NCBI GenBank assembly: GCA_963666565.1
Contig: OY762911.1
Span: 1,632,001 to 1,696,000, forward strand
Length of the DNA stretch: 64,000 nt
Origin: Thermoanaerobaculia bacterium
GTDB taxonomy: Bacteria > Acidobacteriota > Thermoanaerobaculia > Multivoradales > Multivoraceae
Direction of reading: 5' to 3'
Position 1 is the stretch's first letter. Every line of letters starts with the position of its first letter. The position numbers and the translations under genes are program-made. The notes beneath the pieces were generated by a model. The model worked only from the letters and a program-made list of their open reading frames with translations, was not told where the DNA came from and ran no database searches. This document shows, piece after piece, positions 30,058 through 40,277 of the stretch.

Positions 30058-31565
30058 CCCGCCCTGCCGCGGCCCTCGCCCACACCCGGGACTTCCTCGC
30101 CGACACCTCGACCCCGCTCGGCGTCTACCGCAAGCTGGCCGCTCAGGCGGAAGCGGCGGGAGGCGCAGGATCCCGGCGCTTTCTGCTGGAGAGCATCACC
30201 GGCGGCGAGCACGTCTCGCGCTACAGCTTCCTGGGCGCGAGCCCCTCCCGGGTATGCCGCGTGCATCTCGACCGGCTCGAGATCGAGGATCTGCGGAACG
30301 GCGGCGAGGTCCGGGTCGAGAAGGGCAATCCGCTGCCGAAGCTGCGGCGCCTGCTCGACGGCGTGGCCGCGGACCAGGCGCCGCCGCTGCCGTTCGCGGG
30401 CGGCTGGGTCTTCGCCTTCGGTTTCGACGCCATCCGCCTGGTCGAGCCGCGCCTGGTCGACCATCCGGCCGGGCGACCGCCGGACCCGTTCGGCCTGCCG
30501 ATCGCGACGCTTGCCCGCTTCGACGACGTCCTCGTGTTCGACCACGCGCGCCAGCGGATCGTCGCGGTGGCGAACGAGATCGAGGGCGAGAGCACAGCGG
30601 CCGACGCGGAAGCGCGGCTCGACGCCTTGCAGGCGGTGCTCGAGAGCCGGGGCGAGGCGATGGCGGCGCGGGTCGAGGACCGGGGGATCAAGGCGGAGAC
30701 CGCCGCTCCCACGCTGAGCGACGAGGAGCACGGCCGGGCGGTCAACGTGGCGAAGGAGTACATCGCCGCCGGCGACATCTTCCAGGTCGTGCTCGCCCGG
30801 CGCTGGAAGATCGACCTCGGCGTGCCGCCGGCGACCGTCTACCGGGCGTTGCGGCTGGTGAATCCGTCGCCGTACATGGTGCTGTTCGAGGCGCCCGAGG
30901 TGTCGCTGATCGGCGCTTCGCCGGAGATGCTGGTGCGGCGCACGGGGCGGCGGCTGGAAGTGCGGCCCATCGCCGGTACCCGGCCGTGCGGGGGGACGGC
31001 GGCCCGGGACCGGGCCCTGGCCGAGGAGCTCCTCGCCGACCCGAAGGAGCGCGCCGAGCACGTCATGCTGGTCGACCTGGGGCGCAACGACCTCGGCCGG
31101 GTGGCGTCGCTGGGCAGCGTCTCGGTCGCCGACTTCATGGTCATCGAGCACTACAGCGACGTGATGCACATCGTCAGTTCGGTGGAGGCGGAGCAGGCCC
31201 CCGAGGCCGGGAACGGCGCCGGTTCGGCCCTCGACGCGCTGCTCGCCTGCTTCCCGGCCGGCACGCTGTCAGGCGCGCCGAAGATCCGCGCCGTCGAGAT
31301 CATCGACGAGCTGGAACCGGAGGCGCGCGGCATGTACGGCGGCTCCGTCGGCTACTTCTCGTTCGGCGGCGACATGGACGCTTGCATCACGATCCGCACG
31401 CTCGCGGTCGTGAACGGCGAAGCCTCGATCACCGCGGGCGGCGGCATCGTCGCCGATTCCGAGCCGGCGCGCGAGGCCCAGGAGACGCGCGACAAGGCCG
31501 CGGCGCTGCTGCGGGCGGTGGCCCTGGCGCGCGACCTGGAGGGCCGGCGGGAGTCCTCGCCATGA
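30054..31565 (+). CDS. trpE: Anthranilate synthase component I
   Basis: LLES, NPSPYM, PIAGT, EHVMLVDLGRND, GTLSGAPK. Confidence 0.95.
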   Translation: MTRPAAALAHTRDFLADTSTPLGVYRKLAAQAEAAGGAGSRRFLLESITGGEHVSRYSFLGASPSRVCRVHLDRLEIEDLRNGGEVRVEKGNPLPKLRRLLDGVAADQAPPLPFAGGWVFAFGFDAIRLVEPRLVDHPAGRPPDPFGLPIATLARFDDVLVFDHARQRIVAVANEIEGESTAADAEARLDALQAVLESRGEAMAARVEDRGIKAETAAPTLSDEEHGRAVNVAKEYIAAGDIFQVVLARRWKIDLGVPPATVYRALRLVNPSPYMVLFEAPEVSLIGASPEMLVRRTGRRLEVRPIAGTRPCGGTAARDRALAEELLADPKERAEHVMLVDLGRNDLGRVASLGSVSVADFMVIEHYSDVMHIVSSVEAEQAPEAGNGAGSALDALLACFPAGTLSGAPKIRAVEIIDELEPEARGMYGGSVGYFSFGGDMDACITIRTLAVVNGEASITAGGGIVADSEPAREAQETRDKAAALLRAVALARDLEGRRESSP

Positions 31566-32140
31566 TCCTCGTCATCGACAACTACGACTCCTTCACCTAC
31601 AACCTGGTGCAGATGCTGGGAGGCCTGGGCGCGGCGCTTCAGGTGGTGCGCAACGACGTCGAGAGCGTGCCGGATCTGCTCGCGCGCGACGCCGGCGGGA
31701 TCGTCCTGTCGCCGGGTCCGGGGCGGCCGGAGGACGCCGGTGTCTGCATCGACCTGCTGCGCGCGCGGCCCGACGTGCCCCTGCTGGGAGTCTGCCTCGG
31801 GCACCAGGCGCTCGGGGCCGCGTTCGGCGGCACGGTCGACCGGGCCGGCGTGCTGATGCACGGCAAGACCTCCGAAGTCGAGCACCGCGGAGTCGGCCTG
31901 CTCGCCGGCCTGCCGTCGCCCTTCGTCGCCACCCGCTACCACTCGCTCGCCGTGGAGGAGGACAGCCTGCCGGCGTCGCTCGAACCGCTGGCGTGGAGCG
32001 AGGACGGCACGCTGATGGCGATGAGGCACCGGGAACTGCCATATTGGGGCGTCCAGTTCCATCCGGAGTCCGTGCTGACCGACACCGGCCCGGAGTTGCT
32101 CCGGAACTTCCTCGATCTGTGTGGAGGCGACGATGATTGA
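31562..32140 (+). CDS. trpG: Anthranilate synthase component II
   Basis: IDNYDSFTYNL, SPGPG, GVCLGHQ, RYHSL, QFHPES. Confidence 0.95.
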   Translation: MILVIDNYDSFTYNLVQMLGGLGAALQVVRNDVESVPDLLARDAGGIVLSPGPGRPEDAGVCIDLLRARPDVPLLGVCLGHQALGAAFGGTVDRAGVLMHGKTSEVEHRGVGLLAGLPSPFVATRYHSLAVEEDSLPASLEPLAWSEDGTLMAMRHRELPYWGVQFHPESVLTDTGPELLRNFLDLCGGDDD

Positions 32141-32174
32141 TCTCAACCCTGGGAGTCGACGCTGCGCGACCGCT

Positions 32175-32198
32175 GGGTGCGCGGGTCTTCCGACCCGC
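32175..32198 (+). repeat. REP-A copy between trpG and trpD
   Basis: Exact 24-mer. Confidence 0.85.
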
Positions 32199-32284
32199 CG
32201 CCGCCGAAGGCGGCCAGTTTCATGCGCGTCAGCGGCCGACGCGAAGGCCCCTGCCGCGCCCTTCCGCCAAACGGGAGGCGACCG

Positions 32285-33325
32285 ATGACCGATCTCAATC
32301 TCTCGGCTCTGTTGCGGGCGGCAATCGCCGGGGAGGACCTGCCCGCGGCGACGGTGGAGGAGTTGTTCGGCCGTCTGATGGACGGCGAACTCTCCGAGGT
32401 GTGGAAGAGCGCGTTCCTCGTCGCGCTGGCGGCGAAGGGCGAGTCGGTCGGCGAGATCGCCGGCGCCGCGCGGGCGATGCGGGCGCGCGCCGCGCGGGTC
32501 GAGCACGGAAGCTCCGGCGCGATCGACACCTGCGGCACCGGCGGCGACGGCCGCGGCACGTTCAACATCTCGACCGCGGCCGCGCTGGTCGCGGCGGCGG
32601 GGGGCGCCCGGGTCGCCAAGCACGGCAACCGGGCGGTGTCGAGCCGGTCCGGGTCGGCGGACGTGCTGGACGCGCTCGGCGTGACGCTCAGCGGCGACAC
32701 GCGGGCTCTTGGGCGTTGCCTGGACGAGGTCGGCATCGCCTTCCTGTTCGCGCCCATGCTCCATCCGGCGATGGCCCAGGTCATGCCGGTGCGGAAGGAA
32801 CTCGGCGTGCGCACCCTGTTCAACGTGCTGGGACCCCTGACCAACCCGGCCGGCGCGAAGCGCCAGTTGATCGGCGTCTTCTCGCCCGATCTCGTCGAGC
32901 CGATCGCGCGGGTGCTGCTGGAACTCGGCAGCGAGCACGCGCTGGTCGTCCACGGCGACGGCCTGGACGAGATGACGACGACGGGGACGACCGCCGTCGC
33001 CGAGGTCCGGGACGGCGCGGTCGGCACGTACGACGTCCGGCCCGGCGACTTCGGGCTGGCCGAGGCGTCGCCGGAGGACCTGGTCGGCGGCGACCCCGAA
33101 CGGAACGTCGAGTTGATGCGTGGCGTGCTCGGAGGCGGGGAAGGCGCGCTGGCCGACATCACATGCCTGAATGCCGGGGCCGCGCTCTACGTGGCCGGCC
33201 GGGCGGATTCGCTGGCCGCCGGCGTCGCCGCGGCGCGGGAAGTCCAGCGCTCTGGCGCGGCCGCCGCGAAGCTCGACGAACTCGTCGGCTGGGCCGGCTG
33301 GGGCGATGCGGGCGGCGGAGACTGA
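32285..33325 (+). CDS. trpD: Anthranilate phosphoribosyltransferase
   Basis: DTCGTGGDG, NIST, KHGNR, GSADVL, GLDE; ATG after GGAGG. Confidence 0.96.
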   Translation: MTDLNLSALLRAAIAGEDLPAATVEELFGRLMDGELSEVWKSAFLVALAAKGESVGEIAGAARAMRARAARVEHGSSGAIDTCGTGGDGRGTFNISTAAALVAAAGGARVAKHGNRAVSSRSGSADVLDALGVTLSGDTRALGRCLDEVGIAFLFAPMLHPAMAQVMPVRKELGVRTLFNVLGPLTNPAGAKRQLIGVFSPDLVEPIARVLLELGSEHALVVHGDGLDEMTTTGTTAVAEVRDGAVGTYDVRPGDFGLAEASPEDLVGGDPERNVELMRGVLGGGEGALADITCLNAGAALYVAGRADSLAAGVAAAREVQRSGAAAAKLDELVGWAGWGDAGGGD

Positions 33326-33378
33326 GACGTGCCTGAAGTTCCCGACACTGGCCAGCCTGGGCCGGAGGTCGCCGCCAC

Positions 33379-34491
33379 GTGAGCGCGGAGACCGAGACCG
33401 TGTCCGACGTTCCCGACATCCTGCGGCGCATCTGCGAGCAGCGTCGCCGCCGCGTGGCTGCTGCGGGCTCCGTACTGGGTGCGCCGGCCTCCCGGCCCGC
33501 ATCCGGCGCCGTGTCAGGGCACGCGGGGATTCAGCGCGCACCGGGTGCCGCCCATGGGCACACGCGCATCCAGCCCTCGGTTGGCGCCGCGATGACGGCG
33601 CCTCCGGTTGCGCTGCCTGCCGGCGCCCCCGGCCGCCGATTCCTCGATGCGATCTCCGCCCGCCGGGGCCGTGCCGTGATCGCCGAGATCAAGATGGGCT
33701 CGCCCAAGCTCGGCGACCTGCGCGGCCGCTTCGATCCGGTCGCCCGGGCCGAGACCTACGCGGACGCCGGGGCGGCCTGCTTGTCGGTCGTGGTCGAACC
33801 GGATTTCTTCCACGGCAGCTACGACCTGCTCGCCGAATGCGTTGCCGCGTCCGGCCTGCCGGCGGTGGCGAAGGACTTCGTGGTGTCGGACGCACAGCTC
33901 GAATGGGCGCGCGACGCCGGCGCCTGCGCCGTGCTGCTCATCGCGGCCCTCCACGACGCGGCGGAACTGCGCCGCCTGGCCGGGCTCGCCCGCGGCCTCG
34001 GGCTCGTGCCGCTGGTCGAGACCCACGACGAGGCGGACTTCGAGAAGCTGGCGCCTCTGGAGACCGGGGCGGTGCGATCTCGCGCCGCCGGTGAACCGCG
34101 TGGCGGGCCCGCGATCGGTCGCGCGGCGGGCGCCGCGGACTCCGAGTGGGAACTGGTCGGCATCAACAATCGCGACCTGCGCACCTTCGACGTCGACCTC
34201 GACCGCAGCGCCGACCGCGTCGACCGGCTGCCGGCATCAGCCCTCAAGGTCGCCGAGTCGGGCATTCACGGCGCGGCCGACGTGGAGAAGCTGCGTCGGG
34301 CCGGCTTCGACGCCTTCCTCATCGGCGAACGCCTCGTGCTCTCCGGCGATCCGGCCGCCGCCCTGGCCGAACTACTGGGTGCGCCGGCGTCCTCGCCGGC
34401 ATCGAGCGCGACGCCGCGAAACGGCGAGCCCGAGTCGGATGACCACGACCACGGGGATGGCGGTCCGGAAGCGGTGCAGGTGACCCCATGA
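33379..34491 (+). CDS. trpC: Indole-3-glycerol-phosphate synthase (with insertions)
   Basis: IAEIKMGSP, KDF, LVETH, GINNRDL, VAESGI, LIGE; alternative start GTG 33400. Confidence 0.9.
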   Translation: MSAETETVSDVPDILRRICEQRRRRVAAAGSVLGAPASRPASGAVSGHAGIQRAPGAAHGHTRIQPSVGAAMTAPPVALPAGAPGRRFLDAISARRGRAVIAEIKMGSPKLGDLRGRFDPVARAETYADAGAACLSVVVEPDFFHGSYDLLAECVAASGLPAVAKDFVVSDAQLEWARDAGACAVLLIAALHDAAELRRLAGLARGLGLVPLVETHDEADFEKLAPLETGAVRSRAAGEPRGGPAIGRAAGAADSEWELVGINNRDLRTFDVDLDRSADRVDRLPASALKVAESGIHGAADVEKLRRAGFDAFLIGERLVLSGDPAAALAELLGAPASSPASSATPRNGEPESDDHDHGDGGPEAVQVTP

Positions 34492-35291
34492 AGGTCAAGA
34501 TCTGCGGCGTCACCACCCCCGCCGACGCCCGGCTCGCCGTCGACCTCGGCGCCGACTTCATCGGCCTCAACTTCTACCGTCCCAGCCCGCGCTGGATCGA
34601 CGTCGACCAGGCGGCCCACATCCGCCGCGGCATCGGCGACCGGGCCCGCACCGTCGGCATCTTCGTCGACCCCACGCGCGACGAACTCGAGGCCATCGAC
34701 CGCAAGGTCGGCCTCGACTACATCCAGTTCAGCGGCGACGAGAGCCCGGAACTCGTGGCCGAGTTCAGCGAACGCGCCATCCGCGTCCGCCGCGTCGGCG
34801 GTGCCGCGGCCCCGTCCGCGCTCCGAGCAGCCCGTGGTGGAGGTCGCGCTGCATTCGAGCGGCCATGCATCCCGCCCAGCGTCGTTGCTCCTCGGTCGAG
34901 TATGGCCCGATACGCTCCCTCGTCGCGCCTTGCTGGACGGGCGCCTGACCGCTCTCGGTGCGACACGGACCTCCACCACGGGCTGCTGGACGAGGACTGC
35001 TGGGCGATCCTGATCGACCGTGCCCACGAGAGCCTCTACGGCGGCTCCGGCGAGAGCTGGGACTACGCCGCGGCCGCCGACCTCGTCCGCACGCCGGCTG
35101 GCTCCGGCGAGCCGCGCCGCCTGTTCCTCGCCGGCGGCGTCCGCCCGTGCAACGTCGCCGAGGTCGCGGCGGCGGTGCCGGGCGCCTACGCCGTCGACAC
35201 CTGTTCGGGCGTCGAGTCCGCGCCGGGCCGGAAGGACCGCGCCAAACTGGAGCAGCTCTTTGCCAACCTGAGAACGGGAGCAGCACGATGA
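34488..35291 (+). CDS. trpF: Phosphoribosylanthranilate isomerase (with 54-aa MITE insertion)
   Basis: KICG, SPR, QFSGDE, GGSG, LAGG, SGVE..PGRKD. Confidence 0.9.
   Translation: MKVKICGVTTPADARLAVDLGADFIGLNFYRPSPRWIDVDQAAHIRRGIGDRARTVGIFVDPTRDELEAIDRKVGLDYIQFSGDESPELVAEFSERAIRVRRVGGAAAPSALRAARGGGRAAFERPCIPPSVVAPRSSMARYAPSSRLAGRAPDRSRCDTDLHHGLLDEDCWAILIDRAHESLYGGSGESWDYAAAADLVRTPAGSGEPRRLFLAGGVRPCNVAEVAAAVPGAYAVDTCSGVESAPGRKDRAKLEQLFANLRTGAAR
34826..34987. mobile_element. 162-bp MITE with 20-bp perfect TIRs inside trpF
   Basis: AGCAGCCCGTGGTGGAGGTC ... GACCTCCACCACGGGCTGCT; length divisible by 3. Confidence 0.85.
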
Positions 35292-35361
35292 GAACACCGG
35301 GTACGCCGGCATCCGCCGAAGGCGGTTCCGCCCGCCGTTCGCCCAACATGGAGGTGGCCCG

Positions 35362-36608
<1,247 letters not shown>

Positions 36609-36612
<4 letters not shown>

Positions 36613-37439
36613 GCCGCCCGGGCCAGACGCCATCCGCCGACGGGGCCATCGCCGCCGCTTTCACTCGCTGCGAGGGCGAGCGCCGCTCCGCCTTCATCCC
36701 CTTTCTCGTCGCCGGCGACCCGTCCCTCGAGGCCACGCCCGACCTTCTGCGCGCCCTCGTCGCCGGCGGCGCCGACGTCATCGAACTCGGCGTCGCCTTC
36801 AGCGACCCGATCGCCGACGGCCCCACCATTCAGCGCGCCTCGCACCGCGCGCTGGCCGCGGGTTCTTCGCTCAGCGCCGTACTCGGCATCGTGGAGCGCC
36901 ACCGCGAGGAACTCGGCGTCCCGATCGTCCTCTTCACGTACTACAACCCGGTACACGCCCGCGGCGTCGAGACGTTCTCCCGGCAGGCCGCCGAAAGCGG
37001 CGTCGACGGCGTCCTCTGCGTCGACCTGCCGCCCGACGAGGGCCTGCGCGAACTTCAGCCCGCGCTGGCCGAACGCGGGGTCGACTCCATCTACCTCATC
37101 GCCGCCACCAGCACCGGCGAGCGGATCGACCGAGCGGCCGCGGCGTCGAACGGCTTCGTCTACTACACCGCCCGCTCCGACGTCACGGGCGAGCGCGAGG
37201 ATCTGATCCCGACGCTCGCCCGCGAAGTGAAGCGCGTCCGCCGGCGGGTCGACCTGCCGGTCGCCGTCGGCTTCGGAATCTCGACCCCCGAGCAGGTCGA
37301 GGAAGTGGCCCGGGTGGCCCACGGAGTCGTCGTCGGCAGCTCCCTGGTTCGCCTGGTCGAAGAGAACGCCGCGGAACCGGACCTCGTGGCGCGGCTGGAA
37401 CGCCGCGTTGCCGAACTGACCGCGCCGTTGCGCCGGTAG
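36609..37439 (+). CDS. trpA: Tryptophan synthase alpha chain
   Basis: [32 protein letters not shown]. Confidence 0.96.
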
Positions 37440-37513
37440 AGGCGGCGGTCAGCCGCCCACCTTGAACTCGGTAGTTGGTGCCGGGCGCCTCGGCGGGGAC
37501 GTCGTTGGGCCGC

Positions 37514-37921
37514 TCAGAGCAGCGCGGCCGTGAAGGGGTTCACGAGCGCGACGCCGCAGCCCATGAAATCGCGGCTGTTGCGGGTGGCGAGGGGAAGTTG
37601 GTGCTCCAGGGCCGTGGCTGCGATCAGCATGTCGGCCTGCGTCCGCGTCTCGCCGGTGGCCTGCAAACGGCCCCTGAGGTTCCCGGCCCGGCGCGCGATC
37701 GCCAGCGTTACGGGGAGCACTTCGCAGAACGCCGGGAGGAACTCGTCGAACCAGATCTCGGCGCGCTGCAGGGGCTTCCAGGAGAGGCCGTAGCGAACCT
37801 CCTCCACGCTGATCGCGCTGAGGGCGAAGGGCGGCTTCACGGTGGCCGCCCAGCGCTCGACGTTGGGATCCGGGTGCGGACGGGAGAGTTCGGCCACGAT
37901 GTTCGTGTCGAGGAGGATCAC
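37514..37921 (-). CDS. vapC: PIN-domain toxin (VapC-like)
   Basis: ILLDTNIVAE, DMLIAATAL, ATRN..DF. Confidence 0.9.
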   Translation of the reverse strand: MILLDTNIVAELSRPHPDPNVERWAATVKPPFALSAISVEEVRYGLSWKPLQRAEIWFDEFLPAFCEVLPVTLAIARRAGNLRGRLQATGETRTQADMLIAATALEHQLPLATRNSRDFMGCGVALVNPFTAALL

Positions 37922-38235
37922 GCCTCATTCCTGTCCGCGGGTTCGCTCCCGTGGTCGTCGTGGGCCGGCCAGCCCTCTCGGTTGACGCGCTCGCCGACCT
38001 GAAGCTCCCAGTCTTCGTCGGCGCAGAGGGCTCGAAACTCCGTGAAGATGTCGGCCAGGCTGCGGTCGAGCCGATCCCGTTCCCGGCTCTCGGCCTCGTC
38101 GAGAATTTCCGGGCTGACCACGGCCGCCACCAGTTGATCCCGGTTGTAGATCCTCTGAGGCTCGGTTCGCGATCTGCGCACGACTTCGGAGAACTGCTGC
38201 TTCGCGGCGCCAATGCGCCAAGAGGTTGTGTCCAT
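37918..38235 (-). CDS. Antitoxin (Phd/YefM-like)
   Basis: WRIGAAKQQFSEVVRRS..EPQ.I N-terminus; 4-nt overlap with the toxin. Confidence 0.8.
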   Translation of the reverse strand: MDTTSWRIGAAKQQFSEVVRRSRTEPQRIYNRDQLVAAVVSPEILDEAESRERDRLDRSLADIFTEFRALCADEDWELQVGERVNREGWPAHDDHGSEPADRNEA

Positions 38236-38244
38236 TATGGACAC
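38228..38244. promoter_or_regulatory. Palindromic operator over the antitoxin start
   Basis: GTGTCCAT-T-ATGGACAC perfect inverted repeat. Confidence 0.6.
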
Positions 38245-38359
38245 GTTAGATGCCTTTAGGTGGACAAGTCAAGTGGCCGCGCACGCGATACCGCTTCGTC
38301 ACGCTTCCGCGGTTACCTGCCGGTACGCGACGCGCAAGCGCGAACGGCGGCGGGGTGCC

Positions 38360-40177
38360 TCAGTCCGCCGCCGTCCCGGCCTCCGGCGTCGGTACGGACA
38401 CCGATTCTCGGATCAGCGAGGTGACCCCCGTCGTCTCGTCGCGGACGCCGACCGCGACCTGGTAGTCGCCCTCCGGCAGGTTCATCGCCACTTCGACCCG
38501 GTAGGCGCCGTCGACTTCCGGGACGCCCCGTGCTCCGCCGAGGGCGATCGTCTTCTGCCGGACGGTCGTTCGCGCGCCCTTCTCGTCCTCGACGGCGACG
38601 AGCCAAAGCCGGATCCGGGCGCTCGCGTCGCCGGTCGAGCCGTCCTTGCCGGGAAGGACCGCGACCGCCTCGGCCGGCACGCTGACGCCGACCGCCAGCT
38701 CGTGGGCATTCTCCTCCAGCGGCGTCGTGCCGCCGAACTCGACGCTCGCTCCGAGCGGATTCTCCGCGGCGCCCAGGTAGGCGACCGACAGCAGCCGCTC
38801 GGCGAGCCGTTCGTCCAGCGGCTTGTCACGGTAGGTGCGGCGGTACTCGATGCGGCGGCCCTGGGCGGCGCCGGGCGCGAGCAGGACCCGGATCTGCCGC
38901 ACCCGTTCAGGCCTGCGTTCGCCGGCGACGAAACCGAGGGAGTAGGAGGCGGCCAACTGCCTCGAGACGTCGTCGAGGAGGATCGCCAGGTCGTTGGCGT
39001 TGATCAGCGCCTTGCCGCCCGTCTCCTGCGCGAGCAGGTGAAGCCCGCTTTGCGCGTTCATCGAGCGCAGGCTGACGTTCTGGAAGCTGGGCCCCATCGC
39101 TGGATTGTCCAGCGAGATGTCGCCGCCGGCGCTTCGCACGCCGGCTGCGTCCAGGCCGTAGAAGGTGACGCGGTTGGCGTTGGCGTGAGCCGCTATCCGG
39201 TTGAAGCGGCGGCTCTCGTCGTACTGCGTCATCTCCGACACCGTCTCGGACGGGGCGCTGGTACGCAGGTCCCTGCAGATCTCGTTGCCGAGGTAGTCGA
39301 GCACCGAAATCCCCGGCCGCTGTGGCAGGCCGTCCGTGACGTGAACGACCGCCTGCTTTCCCGGCACTCCGGCGAGCGTCGTGACCAGATCGGCGAGGCC
39401 GTCGACCGCGATGGCGGTGTTCGTCGCCTGCTGGTCCGCGTGTTGCCTCGCCAGCGACAGCATCTCGCCCCAGTTGTCGATGCAGGGCCGGCATCCAGGC
39501 GACAATGCACAGAACTCGTAACTGTCGATGATGCCCCTGATCGCGAACCGCCGGGCGCCGTCGCCGTTCTGGATCGCGCGCGGCGATCCCTTCGGCACGG
39601 CCGCGGCGGCGGCCAGAATCGCGTCCAGGTCGCGCGTCGGCGGCACGAGCACCTCGAGCCGGTTGACGAACCGGGCGAGCATGAAGCTCGCCTCCAGGTC
39701 CCGCCACGGTTCAACGGCGGCCTCCAGGCGCCGGAGCAGGCGAGTGCGGTGAGACGGGAAGATGTTCGGGTCGTCCAGGTAGAAGACGACGGTCAGCGGA
39801 CCGCCCTCGTCGCCGGCCCTCGACTCGTCGCGGACGATCGCACGTCCCTTCTTGCGGCGGCGGGTCCGTTCCTCCTCCACTGAAACCGCCGACTCGAAGA
39901 AGTTCGCGATCTCGACCGGCTCGCCATCGACGTACAGCTCGAAGTCCTCGCGAACGAGGCCCTTGACCGGACGGCCCTTCCTGTCGGTGACGACGACGTC
40001 GACTTCGACGACCTGGACGTCCACAGCGTCGACGAAGGGCTGGCTCGTCCGGGCCGGTTGGGCGGTCTGAGAGGGCTGAGCGGGCTGCGCCAGCAAGGCC
40101 GCGGCACCGGCGAGCAGGGGAAGCAGCGCCAGGCTCCTTGCGGGTCTTCGATTGTGGACGTTCTGTGTCACCGGCAA
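38360..40177 (-). CDS. VWA-domain protein, acidobacterial type
   Basis: Signal peptide, VEVDVVVTDRKGRPVKGL.REDFELYVDG, GKQAVVHVTDG, LAQETGG, YSLGF. Confidence 0.85.
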   Translation of the reverse strand: MPVTQNVHNRRPARSLALLPLLAGAAALLAQPAQPSQTAQPARTSQPFVDAVDVQVVEVDVVVTDRKGRPVKGLVREDFELYVDGEPVEIANFFESAVSVEEERTRRRKKGRAIVRDESRAGDEGGPLTVVFYLDDPNIFPSHRTRLLRRLEAAVEPWRDLEASFMLARFVNRLEVLVPPTRDLDAILAAAAAVPKGSPRAIQNGDGARRFAIRGIIDSYEFCALSPGCRPCIDNWGEMLSLARQHADQQATNTAIAVDGLADLVTTLAGVPGKQAVVHVTDGLPQRPGISVLDYLGNEICRDLRTSAPSETVSEMTQYDESRRFNRIAAHANANRVTFYGLDAAGVRSAGGDISLDNPAMGPSFQNVSLRSMNAQSGLHLLAQETGGKALINANDLAILLDDVSRQLAASYSLGFVAGERRPERVRQIRVLLAPGAAQGRRIEYRRTYRDKPLDERLAERLLSVAYLGAAENPLGASVEFGGTTPLEENAHELAVGVSVPAEAVAVLPGKDGSTGDASARIRLWLVAVEDEKGARTTVRQKTIALGGARGVPEVDGAYRVEVAMNLPEGDYQVAVGVRDETTGVTSLIRESVSVPTPEAGTAAD

Positions 40178-40277
40178 GCGACCCTATTGGAATTTTCGTC
40201 GGACTGTACGACCGACTGGAGCAACCTCGGTGCCGGAAACCGTCGCGATCGGCCATCGGGCTAGATTCCGTGGCCAG

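Noticed and set aside
23540-35291. hisD/trpC/trpF as pseudogenes
   Set aside because: Insertions keep the frame, there are no stops and catalytic motifs are retained; activity is still untested.
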